Both the position numbers and the translations under genes were made by a program. A model generated the notes under the pieces. That model was not told the origin of the DNA and did no database searches. It worked only from the letters and a program-made list of their open reading frames with translations. This document shows, one piece after another, positions 11,533 to 25,347 of a DNA stretch of 55,888 nt (position 1 is the stretch's first letter; every line of letters starts with the position of its first letter). Source of the stretch: Cercozoa sp. M6MM (Eukaryota; Protista; Endomyxa: Ascetosporea); assembly GCA_040357565.1 (NCBI GenBank), contig JBDODJ010000075.1, one strand, 5' to 3'.

Positions 11533-13333
11533 ATGGGACGCACCAACACTGCGTCTGCATGGACCAACGATCTCGACGACTGTCTCAAACGCGTATCAGT
11601 CCCTTTAGTCGGCAGTGAGTTTTACACGGTGTTTGGTTTTTTAGCAAGTCGAACAGGTTTCTGTCGAGCATCGCATCGACTGGGATGAGGTGAAAACTGC
11701 CTTAAGTATCTGCCTGTTTCGGGTGACCTTGAGACGGGAAATGTGTTTTAGGTGTCCAAGTACGTTCCTGGCATGACTTCAAGCGCTTGTTGCACACGCT
11801 GGACCAGCAGCTTCAAGGAAGCCTCGCGCCGACAGCCGTGGACTGAGGTACTGTATCCATGACGTCTTTCTGTCTTTTCCTTCCCTAGCACCAACGTTTT
11901 TTGATTCAGGGCGAAAGAGATCTTCTGCGAGGACTTGTTGCAGAAGCAGTTGGAAATGAGGTACATTTTTGATAGGCAGGATCAACTGAAAACAGATTTC
12001 AAACCACTGCGCAGAAAGAGGTCAACTTGCGAACTGCCGACTGGCGACGCATAGCAAGTATGATGAGACGCCGCACATGCAAGCAGTAAGACTTTGCTTC
12101 CCTTGCACTTTTTAACGGTCGCGAGGGTGCAGTTAGCTTGTGACCCTACTGTGCAGAGTGAGAGACCAGTGGAACCTGCAGCTGGACCCAAAGATTGACC
12201 GCGATCGCTGGTCTGAAGAAGAGAACGTGATCATCCTGAAACTTCACGTACTTTCAGTTTATCTCTGGCTTTTAATTGTGCATTTTGTTGCAAAAAAACT
12301 GAACTCAACAATCACTCTATTTTGAAGGTTCGTTTTGGCACTTCGTGGACGAAAATCGCGCGTAATCTGCTTGATTAAACTGTTCAAATAATATTTTGGG
12401 TGCCTCATTTACTTCTGCGTAGGCGAGTTGAACAAGGAGCGTCGAACACGAGGGAAGGATACTCGCCGAACCGACAATCAAATTAAGGTAAACTACAGTG
12501 TCAGTGGAAGACTCGGAGTGTACCCGACGCATCATGTTTATGCGTGAACAGAACCACTGGTACTCTACGCTGCGCAAGCGCGCTGGTGAAGTCGAAGTTT
12601 CTGCTGCTCAGCTGGTGAAACGCAAGGTGAGAATTAGCTTTATTGGATCAATTTCAGTTGGAATGGATACCGAATGAAGTACGCGTGTTGTACATACATT
12701 GCAGAGCGTCCCGAAGCGAGTGGCCTCTCGCCGTGTCGCTGAAGAGTTGGACAACTACATCAGCGATGACGAGGACACGCAACTGCAGGCGCAGATGGAA
12801 GCCGAACTGGCCGGAGCTCATGCCAACGAAGAAACGGCGGGCGATGGCGACTCACAGGACACGCAGAGTCCAACGCACGAGTCAACAACGCCAGGCGGTG
12901 TCACTCCTGATCATGAGGAGACAACGCCATCCCACGGGGATATAGTTGATCGCGAGGACGATGCACGCGACCCACTGCCGCCGCAGATCGAAATTCCAAT
13001 GCGTCGTCATGATTTGGTACTTTTGTGTTTCTTGAGTTCTTAGGTGTCAGTCAATTGAGTTCTGCTAGGACATGATTCCTTCGCTGGCACCTTCGATTGC
13101 CTCCGATGCTGTGCCTAGTCTGGCTCCGTTTGCATCTTTCAACATCAGTCTGCCCCCTTACAACGAGCAGGTCGCAGAATCTTCTGTCCCAACAGTCATG
13201 CAAAAACTGAAGTTGACTTTTATGCAGGGAGTGCACAATAGTCCGCGATATCGCTTGCAGGTACCGTTCATACCCTTTTGCTCTATAGATAGCACTATAT
13301 ATATATATATATATATACACACTATATATATAT

Positions 13334-13384
<51 letters not shown>

Positions 13385-14140
13385 GCAGTTGCATCCACGA
13401 ACGCCAATATCACGCTCGCCGCACCTCTTCGTCACTCGGCCTTCCAAGCGAAGGTACCAATGTCACCTACCAATGTCACCTTCCTGTTGTGTAAAATCAG
13501 TTGGCTTAATACACTGGCTGCAGGCGGTGCAGCGCGGAGGAAGGCGGCGACGTTGCAGAAGAAGATCGTTCGACGCCTCGTCGCAAAGCAGCCAAGGAAG
13601 TTCATTTGGACGATTCGCTTCGAGTGGTACTGACTGTCCAAACTGAAGTGGTGTTTCTAAAGCAACGGATTCGAAAAAGTGTATTGTTTCAGCCCGAGAA
13701 TCCGTTGTTTTCGACCGTGTCGCTGCACGGCTTTAGCGAACTCGTAGATGAGACATCACTTTCTCCGAACGCGCCACAGCTGGCCCTGAGTGAACCGTCG
13801 AGCGCTTTCGTGTCGCGTGGCCACTTGCACGGTCGACTGGACGAGCCGGGCTTTCGCTTGCGTCTGCAGCGTCGTGAGGATTCCACGCCAGGTAAATTCA
13901 CATCTCCGGTTAGTTTGCTCAACTCAGGTACTGCTTGCAGTCCTGTCGGAGCACTCCATGGCAGGCACTCTTCCAGACGACCCACTCTTCCTTTCAAGCG
14001 AAGCTGGTACTGACTGCGAATCAGTACGAATTGTCACCGTGTCAGTTTAAATTTACGTTTGAAATGTTGCAGGAGCACTGACCCCTGGAGTGTTCCGAGT
14101 CACCTCAAAGTCGCCTCTTATCTTCACGGACATGATCTAG
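11533..14140 (+). CDS. Myb-family transcription factor with three N-terminal repeats and a long low-complexity C-terminus
   Basis: AWTNDLDDCLKR..IDWDEVSKYVPGMTSSACCTRW..QPWTEGERDLL..DWRRIA..RDQWNLQLDPKIDRDRWSEEENVIILKLH..FGTSWTKIA..RRTDNQIKNHWYSTLRKR. The 3' end is approximate. Confidence 0.88.
13296..13382. repeat. (TA)n/(GT)n microsatellite in a Myb intron
   Basis: Directly visible between donor 13261 and acceptor near 13388. Confidence 0.95.
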
Positions 14141-14540
14141 TTTCGCCCCGGCCGCTCACAGCAGGTCATGTTTCGTTCCCCTCTTGCCGTGGCTGCCCGT
14201 GCCAACAGCTTCCCTAAAATTTGAGTTTAAATTTAAACTTAGTATCCTGGAATTCCGGCCTAGAAACGAAAACAAACTGGAAACTGGTGGGCACTACCGG
14301 CGCTCGTTATTTTAACTTATTCATAACGTTAACATAACATTAAACTTAGTCTCGGAAACCCTAGCGCTGACTTCCGTGTTTCCCGCGCGAAAAATGGGAG
14401 AAACTGGCAGGATTAAAAAAACCAGTTGCACGTCTAGGCGATCGGTCTCGCCGGTTCATTTGGGATTTTGTGGAAGCTTTGCCCACGAAAGCTGCCTAAA
14501 AGCGGGAGTTGCATCGGCTGAACCCACGTAGCAGGTTGAC

Positions 14541-17223
14541 ATGAGGGACATGGGCATTTTTGTGGCGTCTTTCGTGGACAGCTCGGTGCAGCTCGTTGCG
14601 TTTTTCATCGCAAGCGCTCGTACTCCACGCATACAGCTGAAACACATTTCATTAACTTGCGCACTGTGTGGGCTTTGCAGTGTTTCTTTTCGCCAGCTTG
14701 AGCTTTGTTCGGCGCGCAGGTCAGAAAAACGAAGAGTGGCAACGCATTCTTTCCTTGGTATTTTTGAGCTTCAGCTGGTCTGGGGATGAACAGCTTGTAG
14801 CATTTACGCTAAGAGGAAAGCCAAAAAATCAAACCTAGAGTGCTAATTGTGTCTGGTTGTGGCATCATTCAGTTGACCAAGTCTCGCGTTCCTCCGCACA
14901 AGCGCGCTTTGTCTCGAAGAAATCTCCCGAGCGAGGCTGATGTGATCGTGATTGGGTCCGGTTTAGGAGGTCTAACAACAGCAAGTACGCCTTTGATCTG
15001 TGCTTGGTTTGGTTTTACAAAGCTGTATCTGGGCAGTTCTGCTGGCCAAGAAGGGCAAGCGAGTGCTGGTGCTGGAGCAGCACTACGTGGCCGGCGGCTG
15101 TACACACGTGTGGACAGCGTCGGCACCTTCTGAGGACGAACCTGGCAGTCCGCACTTACAGTTCGAGTTCGACTCGGGCATTCACTACCTGGTGTGTGTA
15201 CATGTTCAGTCGTTCCTTCTGATTTGATTTAACTGACAGCTTTTATTGAGAACTGCAACTTGACCGAAGCTTCACTTACCGATTGATTTGAAGGGTTCGG
15301 AACTCGGTGATCGCTCGTGGTTCTCGCCGGTGCGCTGGCTATTTCGCAAGCTGTCGGCCGGCAGTGTCAGTTTCGATTACTGTGAGTCGGAACACACGGA
15401 CGTGATGCGACTCCACTCGGACGCCGCCGATGCCGCGCCGCGTGCAGCTTTGCTTTCGCGCGGACGCGAGGCCACACAGGAGCAGTACCGGTGCCGGTTC
15501 CCTCGCTATGCCAAAGCTATCGATCGCTTCTTCCGCGAGTCGAAACTAGCGCCGACAAGTCTGGTGTTGGCACTGGTGCTGAACATGCTGAATGCGCCGC
15601 AGTGGCTACGCGCGTGTTTCAGCCGCGTGCGACGGCGTTTCTTGGAAGCGAGTGTGGCGGCCAAACTCGACGAACTGGGCATTGACGACGCCATGTGCCG
15701 AGCCGCGCTGACGCTGAACTCGGGTGATCACGGCGAACTACCAGACAGCGCGTGCTTTGCCGTGCAGAGTGCCATCTTTGAGCACTACGTGCGAGGTGAT
15801 GCCACCATGCCGAAAGACGGCAGTGACAGTATCGCACGCACCCTGTGTCGACACTTGTTTCAAGTGGGCGGCATCGCTCTCGTTCGCGCACGCGTCGATC
15901 GAATTCTCGTCGGCATTCGCAAAGACGAACTGTGCGCCACTGGCGTGCGCTTGGAGGATGGTGTACGTTGCTCCACCTGACACCTTTTCCCTGTCTGCCT
16001 ACTGTCTTACTCCTTTCAACATGACAGCGCGTGGTGACAGCACCGCAAGTAGTGTCTGCAGCTGGAGTGCATGCCACCTGGAAACACCTCGTCGATTTGA
16101 ACACATGCGAACGCGTTGCTGTGCACGGGTAGTGTTGTATCCTCCATCCCTTGATCCCTACTTCCCTATATTTTAAAACAGCAACGCCCACGTGAAGCAG
16201 CAAGTCGCTGACTTGCATGCATGTACCTGCCTTTACCCCTTAGTGCACCTTCTACCCCATACCCTACCCCTGACACTGTCGACAGTGAAAACAAGTCACC
16301 TCAGTCTGGGCACATCGCCGGCGCACACGATTTGTTTCGTCGGACTCGAAGGCAGCAGTCAATCGCTCGGCCTGCCTGCACACAACATGTAGTCTGAACA
16401 CACATCCCTCACGACATCCTCTTACCCCCCCCCCCGAACAGTTGGAGCTGGAAGACCGACCTCGACCTGGCGTCGGCCGTGGCGCGAATGCAGAGCTGCG
16501 GCGATGACCTGGACGCCGCCTATGGCACAACCAATAACGACGACGACTACAGTGCCGAAAACAGCAAGGCGAAGAAACACAACAAGGCGAAGAAACACAA
16601 GGAACACAACAGGAAGGAAAACAAAAAGGAACACAACAGGAAGGAAGACAACGAGGACAAGGAAGAGGACGAAACGGAAGACGAGGTGTTTGACATGACG
16701 TTTGTCAACTTCCCGAGCGCCAAGCAGACGCACCAACGAGGCGCACGCAGTGCCACAGCCACAGTGATCGCACGCGGCTGCCGTTTCTCCCAGTGGGCCG
16801 AGTGGCACGACTCCTCCACCGGTCAGCGCGGCTACAACTACGCGCTGCTCAAGGAGCGCATCACACGCGTCATGCTGGCGCACCTCTTCCGCGTGGCGCC
16901 GCACCTCCGCGACCGCGTGCGATACACTGCCTGTACTGCCTCAACTAGGGGGGGGGGGGGAAGAAGGGGGTAAAACTGTATATTTAGTGGCAACGCCTTT
17001 GACGACACGGTGCTACATCGCGGCGCCACACGGCGAGAGTTACGGACTAGCGGCCACGACGCGACGTTTCGGCGCTCTCTTCGACGGCACACTGTCGCCG
17101 CGCACGCCAGTGCGAAACCTCTTTCTCAGTGGACAAGATGTCTTCATGCCTGGTGTGTGCGGAGCCTTACTTGGCGGCCTCTGCTGCGCCGTCTCTATGC
17201 ATGGATTCTCCGTGCTCTGGTAG
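14541..17223 (+). CDS. RETSAT: All-trans-retinol 13,14-reductase / phytoene desaturase-like FAD oxidoreductase
   Basis: N-terminal TM; [48 protein letters not shown]; C-terminal [25 protein letters not shown]. Confidence 0.88.
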
Positions 17224-17641
17224 ATTGGGGCTTTTTGCCTCCATTCAGTGAGATGCAGTTTTTTTTAATCACTCGAGTTAAAGGAGAAACTCAAGGTGAT
17301 GTTTTTTCTGTATCACGTCGTCCCAGGCCTTTCTCAACACGTACCTCAGTCGTATCGTAGCCACGAGTAGTATGCGATCGGCGATCGATGAGCGATACCA
17401 GACACTGTCGCACATGCGCCGAAACAGCCACGAGGGATCGGAGTCTCTTGCTCCGGATTTCCGTGCAGTGACTGCCAGCTGTGACACTTTTGTTTTTGTT
17501 TCATTACATCAGCCGTGTCTGTACACCAGCGTGCGTACACCCGTAGACCACTCGTACTTGGTAAAGGTGTCACCTTTTCGTTGATTCTGATAGGGATTTG
17601 GAGAGCAAGTCCCTTTCTCCAGGAGGCAACAAACTGGAATC

Positions 17642-18837
17642 ATGAAGCTGTTGGTGACTGCTGCTTTGGCTGCTGCTGCTGGAGTCCACGGCTTTTCTTG
17701 CTCGTCGTTTACGGTAACTTCCAGTTTTAGTTTGTCAATAAACACCGTTTCCTGAATGTGATTTTGCCTTCGCGCAGACGACATTCCCGAGCGGTACTGC
17801 GGACTCCACGAAGCGCGCCGAGATGCGAGCGTGCCTCTCACAGCACGTCGACGACATCACGGGCAACACACAGTACTGTGGTGCTGTGATGCACCAGATT
17901 CCCACTGGCGAGCACAAGCTCACTTGCTATGAATGTATGCCCCCTCACACCCCCCCCCCTGACGACTCATGAATTAAGAATCCTTTCATGTGTCATTGAA
18001 TGTATCAAACATCTAATGTCTCAATAGTGCCATCTTCGAGCTGTCCGATCGACAAGAATGCCGCTGCCGGTCAGGCCGGCATCTCTGTCTCGAACAACAA
18101 CAACATTCTCCATGCTGCTTGGTACAGTGCGTTGTTTGTCTGACGGTTGCTTCGAATCTTGCATGCAGTGGTGTGCGACCGACCCTCACGCCAGCGTACG
18201 CACCCATGGACGGCTGCCGCATGGGCCCTTACCCATTCGGCCAGAACGAGTGGATTATTGACAATGCTTACCGTAATGAAGTCTTTGTATCAGTGCACAC
18301 AGTCAGTGCGTGTAAATTTGTACCGAGTGTTTGCAGCGGATGGTGAGGACTTTGTCGAGGACTGTCTGACGCACTGTGCTACCGTCGGAGTGACCGACCC
18401 GAACTCGCCGACACTGCACCACATCGGCTTGCTTTCGCTGTTCCGGCCCGCCACGTACCTCTGCTTTCCCTGTTCTGTTTTGCACACTGGTGTTTGTACA
18501 GTGGCGACACGCGAGTGTCCTGCGTATGCTCCAAGGCTGCTGTATTAAAACTCTCACTCTGCCATTTGTGGAGTGCAGTAATTAAGTCGTTCCCATGTGT
18601 GCGCAGGACACTGCCGCCGACACGTCCAGCACGTGCACCACAAATCCGTACAGTTGCCCACTCCCAGACGGTCACACATACGATCCCAAGTGCGTCTATA
18701 ACTCGTACCTCTTTCCTTTCTTTGTCTGTGTGTCTGTGTGATTTGTCGTTCACGCCGTGTGCAGTGCCGGAATCGCTCAGTACCATTACGTGTTTTACAA
18801 CAACCACATGAACGTGCCGTCGGTTCCCGAGTTCTAA
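17642..18837 (+). CDS. Secreted cysteine-rich protein with a WSC-like C-terminal module
   Basis: MKLLVTAALAAAAGVHG signal; spliced DGCRMG..FVEDCLTHCATVG..VSCVCSK..STCTTNPYSCP..KCVYNSAG..YVFY. Cysteine spacing resembles WSC domains. Confidence 0.6.
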
Positions 18838-19137
18838 GTTCTGACACGACGACTACAAACGACGTATGCCCAAACTGAACGTCAGAGTTTCGTCGGATAT
18901 CTTGCAGACTGGGCTCTGCTTTGCATCCTAACACGGGAACGGTTGCAATCCAAGGCGTTTAAGGAAGAAGAAGTCATTACTAAGGAGCACAACTGCGAAC
19001 GCCGTCTAACGCGCGTCTTTGCAGTGAAATCTATTTTCTTAACGATGTGGTTCGTCTGCACGCAAATCGGGTACCTTGACCGAACAACAAACTAGCCCTA
19101 GTCGTAGACTTAATGGCCCTGGAGCGGTCGGCCACGG

Positions 19138-21153
19138 TCAGCCGCAAGCCTCAGGGTACCGCGTGGCAAGCGCTTCGCTCGCAGCCTTGCCTGGCTGCAT
19201 CATGGCCACGTAGATGGTGCAGTCCATATGGCAAGGAGCGCGTGCGAATAACTGCCACGCGTGCTCAGGCGACGCAAAGTAAGCCGCATGTTCTACACAG
19301 ATACTTGTGCGCATGACACACAAAGTAGGCCACATGCTCCACAGACTCGCATTATATACCATCAGCCTCGTCGCCGTCACTTTGAGTGCTGGAAACAAGA
19401 GCATTGTCGATGCAGTAATTGGACGCGGCTGCGTGCCGCTGCGCCGACCTGTATCAAATTGAAGCAGGCTCCTTAAGGTTGCGGGGAGACAAACAGAAAG
19501 TCACCAAGCAATATTCTCCTCACTGGAGAGGTGCACACCGAACTTCTTCCAGGCTATAAAAAAGTGAAAAATCACAAGCATGTGCGAAGATTCAACAGAT
19601 AGTACCGTCATGGTTCGTCTGTACCAACAGAGGGAACGGCGCGACATCAATGGCGTCTTCTATGAAACGAGATAATGCATGCTCACACATCGCAAACATT
19701 TGAAACGACTCACCTGCCACCGAGTCGCCCAAGCGAGCAAGTAGCCGTTCTTGCGCCGACTGTTCCAGAGCTGTCACAAGCAGTCTATCGCACGATGTGC
19801 GGTCACGGGTCACGACCGCTCTACGTATCGAGGATAGAAGACATGTGCAACTATGGCACTGCATGAATAATACCCCAGCTTTGACGAGCAAATCGAGAGG
19901 TATGTGGGTGCTCTGCAACAAACAAACAGTGCAACTATTGAGGCAACAGACATGAGGGCAGCAGATACACGAGCTCGCTGGTCACGAGCCATTCGATCGC
20001 GTGGTAGACGTCACATGCCTGTCCACACAAAGTAATATGGATTGATTGAATGAATGCAGCTCGTAGTTACATTTGTGAGCGTTTCACGCACAAGGAATCC
20101 GACAGGCCACTTGTATCTACACAAAACATGTGATGACTACACGCTTTTGCTAGAGATTTCCGCTGGTTCCATGGTGTGTGCATTACAGAGTCACTATTCC
20201 ACTATGTACCGAAGAAGCTTGCGTAGGTTGCGGCCGAATGACATGTCCAGCACGCGATAGTTTACTAGATACCGACAGAAATGAAATGCAGATAGGCGCA
20301 TAGACTTGTTGAAGCACACATGATACCTGCGACAGAAAAAGACTGCTGCCAGTGAGCCAAGTCGCCTTCCGGCAACGGCTTGACACCTGCAAGAAGTGCC
20401 CGATTTTCCCTCCATCTCACCTCACTCTGCGATATATAGATATTGATATACAGAGCAGATACCAGTGAGGATGCCAACATAGCCGGCCCAAGAGGTCGCG
20501 ATGAACAAGCTACGAAAGCACGCAAACACAAACAACCATATCAACAAAAATAAAGAAATAAAGCAATGAATAAGTAAATTTAAATGAATAAAAAATGATT
20601 CAATATGATTTAAACTCGGTACGTGCGACCCGCCTTGCGAACGTCTAATTCAAGCGTGACATCGCGAAGAAAATCCATTTCCCAATCCATGGACCTAATG
20701 TGCAGCAAGCTGTCCCCTCGCGCGTTGAGGGGAGCCATCACTGAGGTACACGCTGCACTTGCCTGGTGACACAGCATAAATGGAGTTTCCATTGCTCGTG
20801 AGAAGCACACTAAAGTACCTCATACACAAGTTGCAGTGCCGTCAGCTTGCCCAGCGGAATGTTCATCTGCTGAGAGATAGCACGCAGCTCGCGTGAGTAG
20901 AGCACCCAGTTGGCACGTGTGGCCTAGGCAAAGAGGGTAAAGGCAGGAAAAGAGCGGAGAGCTAAACATATCATACGACTTTCAAACACCCGGTGACAAA
21001 GGAAGATGTGATCGAATTTTCACTGCACACTTCATCAACGAAAGCGAGTGCCTGGCCGAGTGCCTCACTGTTGGCGTAGTATTCACACACGCTGCTCCAT
21101 CTTTCGGCAGGAGGTTGATCTAAATCCAGGACGAATCGAGGAATTCCTGCCAT
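19138..21153 (-). CDS. Acid ceramidase / NAAA-like Ntn hydrolase
   Basis: MAGIPRFVLDLDQPPAERW; cleavage/nucleophile motif YEASAACTSVM; HIRSMDW; TSWAGYVGILTG; LVQTNHD. Confidence 0.88.
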
Positions 21154-21855
21154 TGTTGCTGCGCCGGACTACAATAAGGGAGGTTCTTGGTTTCACAAGT
21201 TTAAAAAAAAAGAAAAACGGTTTAAAGCACTGCAGAAGGGTTACTCAGAAATATGGATGAGGAATACCTACCACAGAGAACAGATGGACACCGTGCAGCA
21301 GACTTAAAAGACCGAAGAAGAAGAATCGAATAATTTTATTTCAGCAGCTCTGCGGCCGTACAAAAACTCGCATTGGGCCAAAATAACAAAATATAGCAAG
21401 TTCCTCTGTGCGTTTACAGATTGCGCACGCGTGTGCTTGTCTCGTGCGCAAGCCGTTTTCTGCTGCGTAATCTAAATGAATGCCAATCTTGTCGATCAGC
21501 TTCCTTCATCAACAGTCCTGGACTGGACCGGCACTCGAGTCGAAGAGCGCATAGGAAACTGACCAGTTTGGGTAGGGAATCCTTGAGCGAGCTTTTGCAG
21601 CTGAACTCAAAGAAGGGGGCTCTCTCGATTGGGAAATCTGATCCCGGGTCAGGCCCTTCTGCTTACTTGCGCCAACTTAAGTACTTCGGAACCCTCACTT
21701 AATTCACTCAGTTCTTGCGTTCCTTAGTTTTGTTTCTCATTTGACCAACAAAGTACCCTAAATTTACTGAGGCCTGACCTATCTGACCGTTACGTTAACA
21801 GACTCGTCTCAACGCAATGACCGATGAAAGAAAGCAGATCAGAGTCACAAAGCTA

Positions 21856-22394
21856 CTAGGAGGCAGGTCCGCGCAGACGCAGTCCCGATAGATCTGACCG
21901 ACAGGAGGGTAGGGGGGGGAGGGTAGGGTAGGGGGGTAGGGTAGGGTAAGGGAAGGGGGTAAGGGGAGGGGGTACAGTTGCGATAGATCTCCGAGTCGAA
22001 GAACTTGGGCAGCGAGTCCGTGGCCATGAGGTGCTTGATGTCACTGCACACACACACATACATACACACTTTACCCCCCCCCCCAGGCAGGAGTGCATAC
22101 GTGAAGGCGTCGATAAAGACGGAGCGCCGGTCGAAGGAGGACAGGTCGCGCCAGTGTCGGAAGGCGAAGCGCAGAGCACGCGAGATCTGCGACGGCAGAT
22201 TTATGCGCAGCGGCGCTTCCTCCGCCAGGTACTACAAGGTAGGGGGGTAAACCTCGCACAGGTAAAGGTCGCACAAGTAAAGGTCGCACAGGTAAAGGTC
22301 GCACAGGTAGGGGGGTAAAAGATAGGGGGTAAAACCTGATTCCAAATCCGACGCGCCGTTTTGTCGGCGAAACTGCGCTGCTTCCGCGGCAGAC
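21856..22394 (-). CDS. RGS-domain protein, 3' exons only (5' part lost at the gap)
   Basis: Spliced: KTARRIWNQYLAEEAPLRINLPSQI..VFIDAFTDIKHLMATDSLPKFFDSEIY, the typical RGS C-terminal half. Confidence 0.85.
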
Positions 22395-22420
22395 TATTTC
22401 AGTGGGGGGGGGGGGGGGGG

Positions 22421-22520
22421 NNNNNNNNNNNNNNNNNNNNNNNNNNNNNNNNNNNNNNNNNNNNNNNNNNNNNNNNNNNNNNNNNNNNNNNNNNNNNNNN
22501 NNNNNNNNNNNNNNNNNNNN
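22421..22520. other. Scaffold gap (100 N); probable mis-oriented join
   Basis: Flanked by poly-G and (AC)n. Genes on the two sides are discontinuous. Confidence 0.95.
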
Positions 22521-22569
<49 letters not shown>

Positions 22570-22660
22570 TATCTATAGGTATATATAGGTATTTATAGGT
22601 GTATAGGTATATACAGTACATAGGTACAGACAGATTATGTTCAGTAAATACTGATGACAG

Positions 22661-23019
22661 GTACCTGTGTGGCGACCGTTTCACCGAGGCCGACGTGCGT
22701 CTGTTCACGACGCTGTTCCGCTTCGATCACGTGTACATCACGCACTTCAAGACCAACCTGCGGCGCCTCGTGGACTACCCGAATCTGTTCGCCTACGCAC
22801 GCGACATCTACCAGATGCCTGGCGTGGCCGACACCTGCGATGTCGTGCACTGCAAGGGACACTACTTTGAGAGTCACCGGCAGATCAACCCGTACCCTTG
22901 TCACCTCTGGCTACAGAAAATCTGCCTGTGTGTATGTATTGTACACTGGCAGGTACGGCATCATTCCCAAGGGTCCGCTGATCGACTTTGACGCACCGCA
23001 CGACCGCGCTTCGCTCTGA
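22661..23019 (+). CDS. ECM4: Glutathionyl-hydroquinone reductase (ECM4/YqjG), C-terminal 2 exons
   Basis: YLCGDRFTEADVRLFTTLFRFDHVYITHFKTNLRRLVDYPNLFAYARDIYQ..KGHYFESHRQINP|YGIIPKGP..*. The phase matches the exon ending at 182. Confidence 0.95.
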
Positions 23020-24052
23020 CTCCTCTGAGGTGTAGACCAACTGGCCAGGGTGTGTGCCACTCGTATAAGCGTCCCCGCGTGAAGCCTGCCAAAACCACGT
23101 TTGTGTTCTTGCACACGACAATCACATCCCTATCATCGAATTGTTACTAACGTTTGTCAAGTGAAAAGAACTGAATAAAATAGTAAGTCGCCAATTAAAC
23201 GGGGTGAGTGACAACTGATCAGTTCGAAGAAGCGAAGTGAAGCATCACCCGAACTGAGTTCTTGTGTCGAAGGAGACGGAGTCGTGTACAGAATCGTCCT
23301 TCCTTCACGCGGGTCGGGGGATAATCGTGTAGAAAACCCCTCTCCACCAAACTGCAGCTGATGAGGTTTTCTTTCGCGCCAGCTGGCGGGCTCAATCTAC
23401 ACAGGACAGGCTTTCAGATAGGCTTCTGCCCGTCCCTCCGCACTCCTGTTACTGTCAACATCAAACAACCTACTCGGCTGACTACTTGCTCCGCGTGGAA
23501 GCAACTATCAGTCATGCCAAATAAGAATTGGAGTGTTTTACTAAGGTTGAAAGCTGGTAACCTAACAATTGAGTGCTGCCTAGCTTGGCATACCCTGTGT
23601 TTGGTAGAGTGGCGAGCAGCTCGAAACTGCTGCAAGAATTGAAAAAGGCCCTCTTTCCAATACCAGGTACCTCAAAGACACCGTGCTTGTTGACACCAAA
23701 GCAACTGACTTGCTCTATCTTGAGCAGGCAAGAGGGTTTTCTTTTTGTTTATCAACAACAAACCTCTCAACGCTTTCAACTGAAACGACGGCCCTACCTG
23801 GGGTAACCTTCTCTCTTTGTACTAAATATAACGACCTTACATTCTTACTTTTCTTTTAGTCGTTGTCTTCACTAAAAGTGACAATCTCACAATCAACACT
23901 CCTATGTACCGTAGGTAGCATCGAACCCCTCGTAATAACGTTAACCGACTGAAATCAAATGTCCACTAGTGTAGAGTATAGTACTGGCACGGCAGGTACT
24001 GGGTCAGGCAGTATGGTGGCTAGTCGTACGGCACGGCAGTGCTGTCTGAGTG

Positions 24053-25261
24053 CTAACGCGGCAGGTGCGAGTCGGTGTCGGCGTCGAGCGGCTCCTCGGC
24101 AATGACGAGGCCCGTGACGGCCGTGGTGATGTCGTCCACGTGGATGCTGCTGCTGCGCTCCAGCGCGGCTGTGTCGGCACCTGCACACCGATATCTTACT
24201 TACCCCCCCCCGTATCCCAGTATCCCAGTATCCCTATCGCACACTCAGTATCCCAATAACACATCGTACTGGTGAGAACAGCCACGACGTCGTCGTCGGT
24301 TTCGTCAGCGACGTCGTTCATCACAAGCGACGCCACATACTCCTCTCGCTACACAGGGGGGAGGGGGGGGGNNNNNNNNNNNNNNNNNNNNNNNNNNNNN
24401 NNNNNNNNNNNNNNNNNNNNNNNNNNNNNNNNNNNNNNNNNNNNNNNNNNNNNNNNNNNNNNNNNNNNNNNGGGGGGGGGGGGGTAAAGGTACAAACGAT
24501 AAAGAGCCACGCCTTGGCGACGCGACGTTCCGTACGCGACGGCAGGTACACCTGTACCTCGATATATACACAGGGAGAGGGGGAAAATGCTAACATACCT
24601 TGAGCCACTGGTCGACCTGCCGCGTGCCAAAGATACTAATGCCGACGTCTATCATACACAGTCATTAGAGGGTGTGTGTGTGTGAGTGTGTAAACAGTTC
24701 CCTACTGGTCAGTACGGAGATGTAGGACAGTGTCGACAGTAGCGACTGCCAGCGACCAATATCGGCGGCACCTGGCAGTTAAGGGTAAAGGGGGAGGGGG
24801 TAAAGGGGGAGGGGTCAAGAGGGAGGGGGTCAAGAGGGAGGGGGTAAAGGGGGTATAGTGCAAGGGGAAGATAGAGCACCCTGCGGAGTGGCACGTCGCA
24901 TCAGCACCGTCGCCTTGTGTCGATCCAGCCACAGTTCGACGCCATTGTTCAGCAGTGCCAACAACGGCGCCACCGGAAACGCCACCACGAACAGCGACAC
25001 AAAACCTGTAGGACTGAGGGGATAAGAGGGGTCAAGGGGGAGGTTAAGAGGGGTTAACAAGGAGGTTAACGGGGGGGGGGGGAGTTAACAAGGGGGTTAA
25101 CGGGGGTAAAGCACCGAACTGCGTCACAATCTCGTCGTACTCTTTCGAAGGCGACTCCTGCACCGGCATACGGAACTGCTGCTGCATCGGATTCGCCGAT
25201 TCGAGTTTGCGGCCGCACAGTTTGCCTTCAAGGGCAAACAAAAAGGTACAGGAAGGTCTAG

Positions 25262-25347
<86 letters not shown>

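Noticed and set aside
14224-14239. 16-bp palindrome AGTTTAAATTTAAACT
   Set aside because: AT-rich and isolated, with no TIR/TSD structure or partner seen.
22253-22309. Regular short repeats (15-bp here, 11-bp at 9575) as a CRISPR array
   Set aside because: Head-to-tail units with no unique spacers, no cas genes, and a eukaryotic context.
24372-24471. Other N gaps (also 33347-33446) as rearrangement sites
   Set aside because: Anoctamin and NUP210 continue in the same orientation across them; they are homopolymer-associated assembly breaks.
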